Source of the DNA: Somniosus microcephalus
Taxonomy: Eukaryota
Assembly (NCBI GenBank): GCA_052327205.1
Contig: CM126219.1
Location: 9,424,001-9,488,000 of the forward strand
Direction: 5' to 3'
Length of the DNA stretch: 64,000 nt
This document shows, piece after piece, positions 1 to 13,121 of this stretch. Every line of letters starts with the position of its first letter. Position 1 is the stretch's first letter. The position numbers were made by a program, and so were the translations under genes. Below the pieces are notes generated by a model. The model had not been told where the DNA came from. It made no database searches and saw only the letters and a program-made list of their open reading frames with translations.

Positions 1-275
1 TCACGCCACACAAGTGCCAGGCAATGACCAACAAGAGTCTAACCACCTCCCCTTGACGTTCAATGGCATTACCATTGCCGAATCCCCCACCATCAACATC
101 CTGGGGGATCACCACTGACCAGAAACTTAACCGGACCAGCCGCATAAATGACAAGAGTAGGTCAGAGGCTGGGTATTCTGCAGCAACTGAATCACCTCCC
201 GACTCCCCAAAGCCTCTCTGCCACCTACAAGGCACAAGTCAAGAGTGTGATGGAATACTCTCCACTTGCCTGGAG
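1..275 (+). mobile_element. Fragment of the second LINE family
   Basis: Matches 34630-34900 (ACTGACCAGAAACTTAAC..., GGCACAAGTCAAGAGTGTGATGG). Confidence 0.8.
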
Positions 276-417
276 TGCAGCTCTAACCTCTCCACTGCCA
301 TCACCTTAAAACCCAACCTTTTGACCAATCTTCCGATCACGCCTCTAGTATCTCCTTTGGTATGGTGGCCATTTTTACCTGATATGCCGCTGTGAAGCAT
401 GGTGGGACATGTTAGGA

Positions 418-805
418 GGATAGCAACAGGAGGAGGCCATTCAGCCCCTCGAGCCTGTTCCGCCATTGAATTAGATCACGGCTGATCTGCATCTTAACTC
501 CATCTCCCCACCTTGATTCCGTAACCCTTACCTAAAAAAAATTGATCCATCTCAGTTTTGAAATTTCCAATTGACCCCCAGCCTCAACAGCTTTCTGGGG
601 GAGAGTGTTCCAGATTTCCACTACCCTTTGTGTGAAGAAGTGCTTCCTGACATCAGCCCTGAACAGCCTGGCTCTCATTTTAAGGTTATGCCACGTTGTC
701 TGGACTCTCCCCCATTAGAGGAAAGAGTTTCTTTCTATCTACCCTATCAAATCCTTTAATCATCTTAAACACCGCAATTATATCACCACTTAATCTTCTA
801 TACAG
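418..805 (-). mobile_element. CR1 3' fragment
   Basis: Tail GGCGGAACAGGCTCGAGGGGCTGAATGGCC and CR1 C-terminal sequence. Confidence 0.8.
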
Positions 806-1885
806 GTGAGTTTTGTTACATTAAAAGCGATATATAAATGCTAATAATTGTTGTGAACACACGACCAGCCATAAGGAAGCTGTAACCACAAGCCTCCTTC
901 TGCAGACCTCCAAGCAGCAAGCTTAGAGTGGCACTGACGGAGATATGGGTCCCTGGAAATAGGGAGGGGATGACAGCGAACGAGAAAACGTGAAAAAAAG
1001 ACACCAATTTTTTTTTTTTTTTATAAAGTGGAATAAGCATATTTTAACTAAGCTTTGCTCACTGGAACGCATCTCGTAATCTTTAACGCTTTTGGTCGTA
1101 CTGAACTTCCTGCTATTTCCAGTGAAGCACATGAATATTACCATTTCAGGTAAAAAATACAGCGCCTAGCAGAACCCAACTTCCTCTTGCTCACTGGTGC
1201 AACAAGTTACCAGCAGAAGATCTGCATTACTTGACTGCAATTCACAGCAACCAACCAACAGTACAAAAAAAAAACCACATCCAGCAAATGTCACAATGAA
1301 TCATAGAATGACCCAGCACGAGGCGGCCGTTCGGCCCATCGTGCCGGCTCTTTGAAAGAACTGTAATTTGTCCACTTTCCCTGTACTCCTGCAAATTTTT
1401 TTGCAAACAGTTTCTCCTTATTTATGCTATCACTACCCTTCATCGTTTTGAACACCTCTATTAAATCTCCCCTTAAACTTCTCTGCTCTAAGGAGAACAA
1501 TATTCTTTATGTACAAAATTAGTTTAAAACCTCCCATTTAAAAATCACTTTCTTCTAAGAGGTTACTAGTCATAAGCCATGACTTTGAAAAGTTTGCACA
1601 TCATTGAGAAACTAAAACTCAACTGGGTGTTTTATCAAAATATTCCTGCACTTGATCGGAACACTACTTGTGTAGTTTTAAATTACCGCTCTGCTTGCAA
1701 TCTGCAAAGCAACAGTCTATGCAACCCCCATCTCCTCTTTCCACCCACACAACAGTTTGGTAAGTTTTTGCCTCTTCATAACCGGAACAGAAGTACAAGC
1801 AAATCTGTCGCAGACCAAGGCGCCAGTCTCCAAAAACATCGGTGGGCGTGTAAAGGGATGCAACCTTTCGGAGAGAAACTTTGGG

Positions 1886-2440
1886 TGTCAGCCATGGCTC
1901 AGTGGGCAGCACTCTCACCCAAGTCAGAAGGTCGTGGGTTCAAGTCCCGCTCCAGAGACTGGAGCACCAAGAAAATAAATCTAGGCTGACACTCCCGGCG
2001 CAGTGCTGAGGGAGGTTCTGCCTTTCGGGTCAGACGTTAAACTGAGGCCCCATCTGGGAAGTAAAAGATCCCACGGCACTATTTTGAAGACGAGCAGGGG
2101 AGTTCTCCCCGGTGTCCTGGGGCCAAATTTTATCCCTCAATCAACATCACTAAAACAGATTATCTGCTCATTATCTCTGCTGTCTGTGTGAAAATTGGCT
2201 GTGGCATTTTCTACATTACAAATAGTGACCAACGACCCCGCTAAAGTGGTCAGGAAGTCCCGCGCAGGCCACTCACCGGCTTTTATATGGGAGAAACCGC
2301 GCGCGCGTGAAAATTTGAATGTGCCGTGCAGCCAGTTAAAGGGACCATGCACCAAAAAACAAGAGAACACGTTGACAGTGACTACACTTCAAAAGTACAT
2401 TAGTTGGGACGTCCTGAGGCACTATATAAATGCAAGTGCT
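1886..2440 (+). mobile_element. SacSINE1-like DeuSINE
   Basis: tRNA head (GGCTCAGTGG, GGTTCAAGTCC) plus the conserved central Deu domain (TTAAACTGAGGCCCC...GATCCC..GCACTATTT). Confidence 0.85.
2230..2374. mobile_element. hAT-like MITE inserted in a SINE
   Basis: Ends CAACG...CGTTG, with an 8-bp TSD ATAGTGAC/ACAGTGAC. Confidence 0.55.
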
Positions 2441-3000
2441 TGGTTTAAGAATCATGAAACACTGTTCAATCAACTAATCATCTGAATGCAGATGTGCAAA
2501 ATCTTCGGGCATTTCTATACAGCTTTTGACAAACCATTTTTTGCTGGCAGGTGTTGTGACCGACCACCACCAGCATGCACAACTGAAGCGCATGATTTGA
2601 ATTGCAAGGATTTTGGATTTAATTTCACTGTGGCAGGAGAACAGGGGACCCAGGACATACCGCCATCGCCTTCGCTGAAAATACAGGTGCTACAGATGAA
2701 CCGTAACACACCCTTTACCAGTGCAATGTTTGGCTCCTGACTGCAGTAGTGAGGTGGTCACTGTGAATCCAGCCCCGCAGATACTTATTAACGTATACCA
2801 GGGAAGACTTGAGGAAGAATCTATGATTGGGAAGTGTGCAAAAAGAAATTCAGACCCTGGTTCAGTCTTCAACTATCCTGCTTTTTTAATGTCACTTCTC
2901 TCCCCACTTTTGAGAAAAGTAACAAGCATTTCTGCAGACAAGCTTTTATTTTAAAAGGTCTTATCTTCTGAATTGTTTCGTAAATAAAATTAATATACTA

Positions 3001-3937
3001 GCGATTTGTGCACAGCAAGTTCCCACAAACAGCAATGTGATAATGACCAGATAATCTGTTTTAGTGACGTTGGCTGCGGGATAAATAGGCACCTCAAAGT
3101 ACTGGAGAGGTACCACCAACGCTGCCTCCGCAAGATCCTGCAAATCCATTGGCAGGATAGGCGCACCAACGTCAGTGTTGCTCAGGCCAACATCCCCAGC
3201 ATCGAAGCTTTGACCACGCTCGATCAGCTCCGATGGACGGGTCACATCGTCCGCATGCCCGATACGAGACTCCCAAAGCATGCGCTCTACTCGGAGCTCC
3301 GACATGGCAAGAGAGCCCCAAGTGGGCAGAGGAAACGCTTCAAGGACACCCTCAAAGCCTCCTTGAAAAAGTGTAACATCCCCACCGACACCTGGGAATC
3401 CCTGGCCCAAGACCGCACAAAGTGGAGGAGAAGCATCCGGGAAGGGGGCTGAACACCACGAGTCTCTTCGCCGGGAGCAAGCGGAAGCCAAGCGCAGGCA
3501 GCGCAAGGAGCGCACGTCAACCCAAGCACCCCACCCACCCGCCCCTTCAACCACCGTCTGCCCCACCTGTGACAGAGACTGTAGGTCCCGCATTGGACTC
3601 ATCAGTCACCCAAGAACTCATTTTTAATGTGGAAGCAAGTCATCCTCGGTTCCAAGGGACTGCCTAAGAGGAGAAATATTGGCCCCAGGACACCGGGGAG
3701 AACTCCCCGGCTGCTCTTCGACATAGTGCCCTGGGGATCTTTTACATCCACCCGAGGGCAGACGGGACCTCGGTTTAACGTCTCATCCGAAAGATGGCAC
3801 CTCAGACAATGCAGCGCTCTCTTAGCACTGCACGGAGTGTCAGCCTAGATTTCTGAGCTCAGGTCTTCAGTGGGGCTTGAACCCACGACCTTCTGCCTCA
3901 GAGGCGAGGAAGCAACCCACTGAGCCACAACCGACAC
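3001..3937 (-). mobile_element. SacSINE1-like DeuSINE hosting an RTE insertion
   Basis: SINE sequence on both sides of 3088-3673. Confidence 0.85.
3088..3673 (+). mobile_element. RTE LINE 3' fragment (same family as 13748-16500)
   Basis: Encodes ERYHQRCLRKILQIHWQDRR...; 3' end is GGACTGCCTAAGAGGAG; flanked by an AAATA duplication. Confidence 0.92.
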
Positions 3938-4584
3938 CGGACATTGCTCAGTGAGTAACAGTCGTATCGACCACAAAGGTCCCAGGTTCAATCCCTGGTT
4001 GGCCAGGGTTGATAGAGATAGACAGACACACACCCGGTAAGGAAATGACAGGGGGCTAGCTGTGATGCCCTTGCAGTCGAATAGCCTGCTGACCCTTGCT
4101 GTTGAAGCTCACACATGAACGGCCAGCTAGGCAACAGAGGGTTGCTGGTGACTGCAGCAATAAGTCAATACCTTCAGGAAAGGAAGGGAGTGAATGGGCA
4201 AGGTTATAATATTTTAACAAGTTAAGAATACACAAGCATCTGTGTAACACAGGGCTTTGTATCTACATGAGCAGCAAAGTATTGAAACACAATGGAAGCT
4301 TAAAGTGTTGTTAGCCGAGAAGGTGGGGTCAGGTTCATTTTCTCTGGACTGAGCACCAGATTGTAGAACTGCCCCATTTGCAACTTGTATTTATATCACG
4401 CATTTAGCGTATGAAAACATCCCAAGGTGCTTCACGGGAGCACAATCAGGCAAAAATTGACTCCGAGCCAAAAAGGGAAATCTATGAGGAGGGGTGACGA
4501 AAAACTTGGGTCAAAGGCGTAGGTTTTAAGGAGCACCTTAAAAGAGGAAGAGCGAGGGAGGTTCGGGAAGGGAATTCCCAACAA

Positions 4585-4908
4585 CAGGAAACTTTGGTTT
4601 ATCCGGAGGTTAATTGTCCGGAATGCTCGAGCCGCTGGCAAAATTCAGGAGTCGGTTCAGTAAGTTTTTTTTCTTTTCGTTGCTTTTTTTCCCCACCAGT
4701 CAGGCTCTGCAAGGTCTAGCTAAAGCTGTTGCTTAGCTACAGAGACGCTTGCAAGCTACGGCCGACTGTTTAGAAGCTGTTGCTAAGCAACAGGGTTTGT
4801 TGCTAGGTACGGAGCTCATGTTTTAACATTAGCGCTGGTTTGTCCGGCAGTTTTGATGGGACGGCAACAGCTCGGTCCCGTCAGTGCCGGATAGCACAAA
4901 GTTTCCTG
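4585..4908. mobile_element. Tc1/mariner(pogo)-type MITE, copy 1
   Basis: TIRs CAGGAAACTTTG...CAAAGTTTCCTG with a flanking TA on the right. Confidence 0.75.
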
Positions 4909-5289
4909 TAGCTTCCTCAAATATGATTTACTGAAAATATCCTATTGCCCACATTTACTGCAAATACAACCTAACCTTACCGCAAAGAACTGTTGACTAG
5001 CCCTCGGGGGTCAAAGGCTGTAATATGGCCAGCTTTAATACGTACATGACTACCAGGCGGCATGAACAGTAAAAGGCGGGCAAAAATATTTCAACAAATT
5101 GTACTTGTGATGGAACAGAAAAGAGTACATGTGCTATCAACGAGTGTGCAGAGATTGCACAATACTCAAGGGGGCTAACAGATGGAGTCCATGGAGATGC
5201 CCTTCCCGAATCTCAGACAGGAGCAATAGCTTCTATTTGCTCTAATGGAATGGCAGGCAGTCTCGGCTAGAAGAGGTCAATTATACTTA

Positions 5290-5625
5290 ACTTGCATTTA
5301 TATAGCGCCTTTAACGTAGTAAAACATCCCAAGGCGCTGCACGGGAGAGTTATGAAACAAAAGTTGGCACCAAGCCACATAAGGAGACAGGTAACCAAAA
5401 GCTCGGAGAGGGGTCGGTTTTAAGGAGAGTCTTAAAAGGAAGAGAGGTGCAGAGAGGTTTAGGGAGGGCATTCCAGAGCTTAGGGCCCAGGCAGCTGAAG
5501 GCTACCAATGGAGGGGACGAATGAAACCGGAGATGCACAAGGCCAGAGCTGGAGGAGCGCAGAGATCTCGGAGGATTGTGGGGCTGGAGGAGTTTGTGGG
5601 AGGAAGGCCAGGAGGGCGTGGGAAT
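5290..5625 (-). mobile_element. L2 3' end (other copies at about 4380-4582, 25140-25650 and 53775-54090)
   Basis: Shared terminal sequence GCATTTATATAGCGCCTTTAACGTAGTAAAAC. Confidence 0.75.
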
Positions 5626-5924
5626 AGTCAATGATTAATTATCAGGTAGAAGTTTCCTTTAAGATGCAAAGGTTCTGGGACACACAAGGGTTTTTTTTCA
5701 ATTGAAACCACTTCCTCTCAACAGTAATTTCTTCACTAATGACAATCACAGTAAAAAAGCTCCAGCCTTCGACAGCAACGACATCTCATTGAGGCATCCC
5801 ACATCAATAGGTTGTACAACCGTGGCTCCAGGATTATTTCCACACGGTTTCTACGACAATTGCTAACAATTCAAAACACAGTATTTGGCAGTTTACTCCA
5901 AAGCACACCGGTGAAGAACAGTTA

Positions 5925-6393
5925 CGAACATACGAATTAGGAGCAGGAGTAGGCCACTCGGCCCCTTGGGCCTGCTCCGCCATTGAATAAGATCATGGCT
6001 GATCTGATTACTCCACATTCCCGCCTACCCCGATAACCTTTCACCCCCCCTCGCTTATCAAGAATCTATCTACCACTGCCCTAAAAATATTCAAAGACTC
6101 AGCTTCCACCGCCCTCCGAGGAAGAGTTCCAAAGACTCACGACCCTCTGAGAAAAAAATTCTCCTCATCTCTGTCTTAAATGGGCGACCCCTTATTTTTA
6201 AACAGTGACCCCTCGTTCTAGATTCTTCCACAAGAGGAAACATCCGCTCCACATCCACCCTGTCCAGACCCCTCAAGATCTTATATGTTTGAATCAAGTC
6301 ACCTCTTACTCTTCTAAACTCCGGTGGATACAAGCCTAGCCTGTGCCACCTTTCCTCATGAGACAACCCGCCCATTCCAGGTATTAGTCTAGT
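5925..6393 (-). mobile_element. CR1 3' fragment
   Basis: ORF 6091-6375 is a CR1 C-terminus, followed by the tail. Confidence 0.85.
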
Positions 6394-6734
6394 TTCTCAA
6401 TGTTTCTGGAGTTAGCAATGCTGGAAGGCAAGCCCACGTCTGGGGTACTTGCACTGGGAGTTTACATTTTTGCACTTTGAAAATTGAGGGAAGCGAAGAG
6501 AACTTTCAAACCTGCTGTTGCTCTCTGCCAGCAGCAGAGGGAATTGGATCTGCCCCCCCCGCACCCTTATTTGCAGCTTTCACACCGTCACCATTCTATT
6601 TTACAACACGAGGAAGTAACCAAATGGTAGGATTTGAGAAATCCAAAGAGAAATGAAGACGACACCACCCAGCGAGGCTGCACCTCGAGCAGGAAGACTC
6701 CAGTTAATCTCTGGCTGCACAGAGTTCACCGAAT

Positions 6735-7160
6735 TCTCGCTGGAGTTTAGAAGAATGAGAGGGGATCTCATTGAAACTTATAAAATTCTAACAGGACTAG
6801 ACAGACTAGATGCAGAAAGGATGTTCCCGATGGCAGGGGGAGTCCAGAACCAGGGGTCGTCCAGAACCAGGGGTCACAGTCTAAGGATAAGGGGTAAGCC
6901 ATTTAGGACAGAGATGAGGAGAAATTTCTTCACCCAGTGAGTGGTGAACCTGTGGAATTCTCTACCACAGAAGGCAGTTGAGGCCAATTCATTAAATATA
7001 TTCAAGAAGAAGATAGATATATTTCTTATGGCTAAAGGGATCAAGGGATCTGGAGAGAAGGCAGGGACCATGTACTGAATTTGGATGATCAGCCATGATC
7101 GCATTGAATGGCGGAGCAGGCTCGAGGGGCCGAATGGCCAACTCCTGCTCCTATCTTCGA
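6735..7160 (+). mobile_element. CR1 3' fragment
   Basis: Encodes EFRRMRGDLIETYKIL, followed by the tail stem-loop. Confidence 0.85.
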
Positions 7161-7241
7161 TGAATTCAGCCAGGGTAGCGACAACCTCTGGAACCACAGC
7201 CCATCAGAAGAGGGATTAATAGAGGGGGAAAATTACAAGTA

Positions 7242-7564
7242 CAGGAAACTTTGGTTTATCCGGAGGTTAACTGTCCGGAATGCTCGATCCACCAGCAAAA
7301 TTCAGGAGTCGGTTCAGTAAGTTTTTTTTTCTTTTCGTTACTTTTTTTCCACCAGTCAGGCTCTGCAAGGTCTAGCTAAAGCTGTTGCTTAGCTACAGAG
7401 ACGCTCGCAAGCTACGGCCGACTGTTTAGAAGCGCAACAGGGTTTGTTGCTAGATACGGAGCTCAAAAGCTCCGTATGTTAACATTAGCACTGGTTTGTC
7501 CGGCAGTTTTGATGGGACGGCAACAGCTCGGTCCCGTCAGTGCCGGATATCACAAAGTTTCCTG
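7242..7564. mobile_element. Tc1/mariner(pogo)-type MITE, copy 2
   Basis: Same TIRs, TA on both sides, and near identical to copy 1. Confidence 0.8.
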
Positions 7565-8184
7565 TAGATCTAAATAAAAGGCTTTGTGCCATCTTCACTC
7601 CTATACATGTTTCCACAACACTCTACATTTATTTAACAACACTGCATTTATATAGCGCCTTTAAATGTAATAAAACATCTCAAGGCACTTCACAATAGTA
7701 GTAATTTTTGGGTGATACTATATAGCCGAAAACTTCCATGCAATAAAATCAGTCAGAACTTGGCATCTACAAATCTGAGCTTGCACAGAAAGACAAAAAT
7801 AGTTTACATGCAAAGGAGAAGATTGCAAGGAACGATTTGGTTGCCACACAGGAAATGCATCTGGAGGAAGGCTTCACAAGCAACTTAAGGTTTTTCCCAC
7901 TCTCAAGTGGTTGATGCAGTGAGTGATAGATATAAGATCTAACAGAACTCGCTCAAACAGATTTGAATAAAAGTGGCTTGGGTATCAGAACCCATCACTA
8001 CAATCACCAAAACTAAAGAGAGTCAGATTTAAATTACTTTTGAAATGAGATTGCAACCAAACTTCACTCAACACTGACAGCAGTTGAGTACACCAATACA
8101 AAGAAGCACCACTACCACTGCCAACAAGCAGCAGTCTCCAGGGCCGGGTACAACATACGTACCAGGCACACTAAACCATTGTAA

Positions 8185-9220
8185 TGTCAGCGGTGGCTCA
8201 GTGGGCAGCACCCTCGCCTCGGAGTCAGAAGGTTGTGGGTTCAAGTCCCACTCCAGAGACTTGAACACAAAGTCTAGGCCGACACTCCAGGGCAGTAACT
8301 GAGGGAGCGCTGCACTGTCGGAGGTGCCGTCTTTCGGATGAGATGAAAAACCGAGGCCCCATCTGACACCTCAGGTGGATGGAAAAAGATCCCATGGCAC
8401 TATTTCAAAGAGCAGTGTCCTGGGCAATATTCATCCCTCAATCAACATCACAAACAGATTATCTGATCATTATCACGTTGCTGTTTGTGGGAGCTTGCTG
8501 TGCACAAATTGGCTGCCACGGATCCAGCTACAACAGTGACCGCACTTCAAAAGTACTTCATTGGCTGTAAAGCACTTTGGGATATCCTGAAACATAGAAG
8601 ATAGGAGTGGGCCATTCGGCCCCTCGAGCCTGTTCCGCCATTCAATGCGATCATGGCGGATCATCCAAATTCAGTACCCTGTCCCTGCTTTCTCCCCAGA
8701 TCCCATGATCCCCTTAGCCTCAAGAAATATATCTAACTCCTCCTTCAAAATATTTAATGAATTGGCCTCAACTGTCTTCTGTGGTAGAGAATTCCACAGG
8801 TTCACCACTCTCTGGGTGAAGAAATTCCTCATCTCTGTCCTAAATGGCTTACCCCTTATCCTGTGACCCCTGGTTCTGGACTTCCCCGACCATCGGGAAC
8901 ATCCTTCCTGCATCTAGTCCTGTTAGAATTTTATAAGTTTCAATGAGATCCCCTCTCATTCTTCTAAATTCTAGTGAATATAAGCCTAATCGACCCAATC
9001 TCTCTTCATACGTCATTCCTGCCATCCCAGGTATCAGTCTGGTGAATCTTCGCTGCACTCCCTCCATGGCAAGAACATCCTTCCTCAGATAAGGCGACCA
9101 AAACTGCACACAATACTCAAGGTGTGGTCTCACCAAGGCCCTGTACAACTGCAGCAAGACATCCTTGCTCCTGTACTGAAGTCGTGAAAGGCGCTATAGA
9201 AATGCAAGTCTTTCTTTCTT
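8185..9220 (+). mobile_element. SacSINE1-like DeuSINE hosting a CR1 insertion
   Basis: Head at 8185, tail at 9179-9220. Confidence 0.85.
8592..9178 (-). mobile_element. CR1 3' fragment inserted into a SacSINE1
   Basis: Encodes LYRALVRPHLEYC; flanked by a CTGAA duplication, with the SINE resuming at 9179. Confidence 0.88.
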
Positions 9221-9929
9221 GCTGGTATTAACGTATATACCAGGCATCCTAAATCATGTACATTTGCTGCATGCTTTTCTCGGCTGTATCGGTGTGGCCA
9301 AGCAGAACGACGCCACCTTGCTCTGACAACCAACCGCCCCCTGCCCCCACCCCACCACAAACACATCAGAGTCGGAGTCGGACGAGCCGAAGCCTGCAGA
9401 CTGGTTACTCGCAGTTTTTGCACAGCACAAGGGGAAAAAAAGTTAACTGCGAAAAGTTCATTCCCACACAAAAAGAAAGCCTATGTGAAGACTGATTGAA
9501 CAGGATTACAAGGAAGTCACTGCAACTGAGTTGAGCTCCACCCTTTCTAGTTAAGTTTGACAGATTAGTCTGGCTGGGGGAGGGGGAAGACAGGCATGGT
9601 CTTGATACCTAATCATTTCCTAGTTCTCTCCCCACCACCCCAAATGCTATTTCAATTCAGCTAGCTGCAACATGAGACTAGGGATATGACATATACAGAC
9701 TGAATCATAAGAGCTATAGGACAAATACTTAAATTAAAATCCACAAATGCTGGAATGTTGAAACTACAAGAACAGAAAATGTTTCATGACAAGAAAACTA
9801 GGCAAATCTTTTAACTTAAAGCAGGCTTTCTAGCAGCGAAAGGCTGCTTTAAGTTAAAGATTTGCAGTGAACACAGCCTCAATGTGCGAACAGAACTTAG
9901 GTGAGAGAGAGTTAAGTGTGCAAAGCCCC

Positions 9930-12750
9930 CTAGTGCATGAGCAGGCAGACCCCCTGTGAATGGACACAACTCCTGCCCAGTGTGAGAGCAGTCAGTGTGC
10001 ACTGACTCCTGGCGAATGTGCACAGTCCCAGTGTGAGAGTAGTGTGCTCAGATATCTGGTGAGTGTGCTTGGACCCTGCTGAGTGCGCACAACCCCTATG
10101 TGAGCAGTCAATATGCACTAACATCATCAAGTGAGTGTGCACAAAACCCCAGTGTGAGCACTGAGTGTGCGCAGACCCCCCAGAGAGAGCGCAGTGAGTG
10201 AGCGCAGACCCCCAGCGTGTGAGCAGTGAGCGTGCGCAGACCCCCAGCGTGTGAGCAGTGAGCGTGCGCAGACCCCCAGCGTGTGAGCAGTGAGCGTGCG
10301 CAGACCCCCAGCGTGTGAGCAGTGAGCGTGAGCAGACCCCAGTGTGTGAGCAGTGAGCGTGCGCAGACCCCCAGTGTGTGAGCAGTGAGTGTGCACAGAC
10401 CCCCAGTGTGTGAGCAGTGAGTGTGCACAGACCACCAGTGTGTGAGCAGACCCCCAGTGTGTGAGCAGTGAGTGTGAGCAGTCCCCGGGCTGGGTGTGAG
10501 CAGAGAGTCTGCACAGACCCCCAGTGTGTGAGCAGTAAATGTGAGCAGACCCCCAGTGTGTGAGCAGTGAGTGTGCACAGACCCCCAGTGTGAGCAGCGA
10601 GTGTGAGCAGACCCCCAGTGTGTGAGCAGAGAGAGTGTGCGCAGACCCCAGTGTGTGAGCGAGTGTGAGCAGACCCCCAGTGTGTGAGCAGCGAGTGTGA
10701 GCAGACCCCCAGTGTGTGAGCAGCGAGTGTGAGCAGACCCCCAGTGTGTGAGCAGTGAGTGTGCGCAGACCCCCAGTGTGTGAGCAGCGAGTGTGCACAG
10801 ACCCCCAGTGTGAGCAGCGAGTGTGAGCAGACCCCCAGTGTGTGAGCAGAGAGAGTGTGCGCAGACCCCAGTGTGTGAGCGAGTGTGAGCAGACCCCCAG
10901 TGTGTGAGCAGCGAGTGTGAGCAGACCCCCAGTGTGTGAGCAGCGAGTGTGAGCAGACCCCCAGTGTGTGAGCAGTGAGTGTGCGCAGACCCCCAGTGTG
11001 TGAGCAGCGAGTGTGAGCAGACCCCCAGTGTGTGAGCAGCGAGTGTGAGCAGACCCCCAGTGTGAGCAGTGAGTGTGAGCAGACCCCCAGTGTGAGCAGT
11101 GAGTGTGAGCAGACCCCCAGTGTGTGAGCAGTGTGTGAGCAGACCCCCAGCGTGAGCAGTGAGTGAGAGCAGACCCACAGCGTGAGCAGTGAGTGTGAGC
11201 AGACCCCCAGCGTGTGAGCAGTGAGTGTGAGCAGACCCCCAGTGTGTGAGCAGTGAGTGTGAGCAGACCCCCAGTGTGTGAGCAGTGAGTGTGAGCAGAA
11301 CCCCAGCGTGTGAGCAGTGAGCAGACCCCCAGCGTGTGAGCAGTGAGTGTGAGCAGACCCCCAGCGTGTGAGCAGTGTGAGCAGACCCCCAGCGTGTGAG
11401 CAGAGAGTGTGAGCAGACCCCCAGTGTGTGAGCAGTGAGTGTGAGCAGACCCCCAGTGTGTGAGCAGTGAGTGTGAGCAGACCCCCAGTGTATGAGCAGT
11501 GTGAGCAGTGAGTGTGAGCAGACCCCCAGTGTGAGCAGTGAGTGTGAGCAGACCCCCAGTGTATGAGCAGTGTGAGCAGTCCCCCAGTGTGTGAGCAGTG
11601 AGTGTGAGCAGACCCCCAGTGTATGAGCAGTGTGAGCAGTGAGTGTGAGCAGACCCCCAGCGTGTGAGCAGAGTGTGAGCAGACCCCCAGTGTGTGAGCA
11701 GTGAGTGTGAGCAGACCCCCAGTGTGAGCAGTGAGTGTGAGCAGACCCCCAGTGTGTGAGCAGTGTGAGCAGTGAGTGTGAGCAGACCCCCAGTGTGAGC
11801 AGTGAGTGTGAGCAGACCCCCAGTGTATGAGCAGTGTGAGCAGAGTGTGAGCAGACCCCCAGTGTGAGCAGTGAGTGTGAGCAGACCCCCAGTGTGTGAG
11901 CAGTGAGTGTGAGCAGACCCCCAGTGTGTGAGCAGAGTGAGCAGACCCCCAGTGTGTGAGCAGTGAGTGTGAGCAGACCCCCAGTGTGTGAGCAGTGAGT
12001 GAGCAGACCCCCAGTGTGTGAGCAGTGAGTGTGAGCAGACCCCCAGTGTGAGCAGTGAGTGTGAGCAGACCCCCAGTGTGAGCAGTGAGTGTGAGCAGAC
12101 CCCCAGTGTATGAGCAGTGAGTGTGAGCAGACCCCCAGTGTGTGAGCAGTGAGTGTGAGCAGACCCCCAATGTGAGCAGACCCCCAGTGTGTGAGCAGTG
12201 TGTGAGCAGACCCCCAGTGTGTGAGCAGAGAGTGTGAGCAGACCCCCAGTGTGTGAGCAGTGAGTGTGAGCAGACCCCGTGTGTGAGCAGTGAGTGTGAG
12301 CAGACCCCCAGTGTGTGAGCAGAGAGTGAGCAGACCCCCAGTGTGTGAGCAGTGTGAGCAGTGAGTGTGAGCAGACCCCCAGTGTGTGAGCAGACCCCCA
12401 GTGTGTGAGCAGTGAGTGTGAGCAGACCCCCAGTGTGTGAGCAGTGAGTGAGCAGACCCCCAGTGTATGAGCAGTGTGAGCAGTGAGTGTGAGCAGACCC
12501 CCAGTGTGTGAGCAGTGAGTGTGCGCAGACCCCCAGTGTGTGAGCAGTGAGTGTGAGCAGACCCCCAGTGTGTGAGCAGTGAATGTGCGCAGACCCCCAG
12601 TGTGTGAGCAGTGAGTGTGAGCAGACCCCCAGTGTGTGAGCAGTGAGTGTGAGCAGTCCCCCAGTGTGTGAGCAGTGAGTGTGAGCAGTCCCCCAGTGTG
12701 TGAGCAGTGAGTGTGAGCAGTCCCCGGGCTGGGTGTGAGCAGAGAGTCTG
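9930..12750. repeat. Minisatellite (~32-bp unit) in CAPZA intron 1
   Basis: Unit GAGCAGACCCCCAGTGTGTGAGCAGTGAGTGT with length variants; degenerates toward 9930. Confidence 0.95.
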
Positions 12751-13038
12751 CGCGGTTGGGGAAGTTGCGCGAAGGGTCTGAAGTTTAAGGCCGGGGCCCC
12801 GGGAGTGGGGGGTCCAGCGGGGCCGGGAGGAGACCGGAGACCGGAGTCCGGAGTCCGGAGACCCTCCCCCGGCCCGGCCCCAGCCCGAGGGCGCCCCAAG
12901 TGACAGGCGACGGCCCCAGTCCCTACCCCACCCGGGTTGCCGGAGCTCCCCCAGCCCGGCGGTGCACTGGGCCGGCGCGGAGGCTCGTGAACCGCGGTCT
13001 CGGGTAGCCGGCGGGCCGGGCCGGGCTCGGCCTCTCAC

Positions 13039-13077
13039 CTTCTCGCGGTCCGACAGCTGCTCCTCCGCGTTCGCCAT
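13039..13077 (-). CDS. CAPZA1: F-actin capping protein alpha subunit, coding exon 1 (CAPZA1 by synteny); intron 1 runs off the left of the window
   Basis: Encodes MANAEEQLSDREK (cf. human CAPZA2 MADLEEQLSDEEK, CAPZA1 MADFDDRVSDEEK). It is 39 nt, followed by a phase-0 donor AAG|GTGAGA, with Kozak context AAGATGG, inside a CpG island. Exon 2 (VRIAAKF...) was not found in 1-13038. The paralogue is assigned from the head-to-head arrangement with ST7L. Confidence 0.85.
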
Positions 13078-13121
13078 CTTGATCCAGCCCGCCGCCCCGG
13101 CCGCACCGCATCATGGCAGCG

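Noticed and set aside
1886-1960. tRNA genes (here and at the other A/B-box sites)
   Set aside because: They are SINE heads that continue into Deu or V domains and lack a complete cloverleaf.
9930-13077. Two 989-aa His/Thr/Leu-rich ORFs
   Set aside because: They are translations of a stop-poor minisatellite. Only the first 13 codons (CAPZA exon 1) are real, and a splice donor follows.
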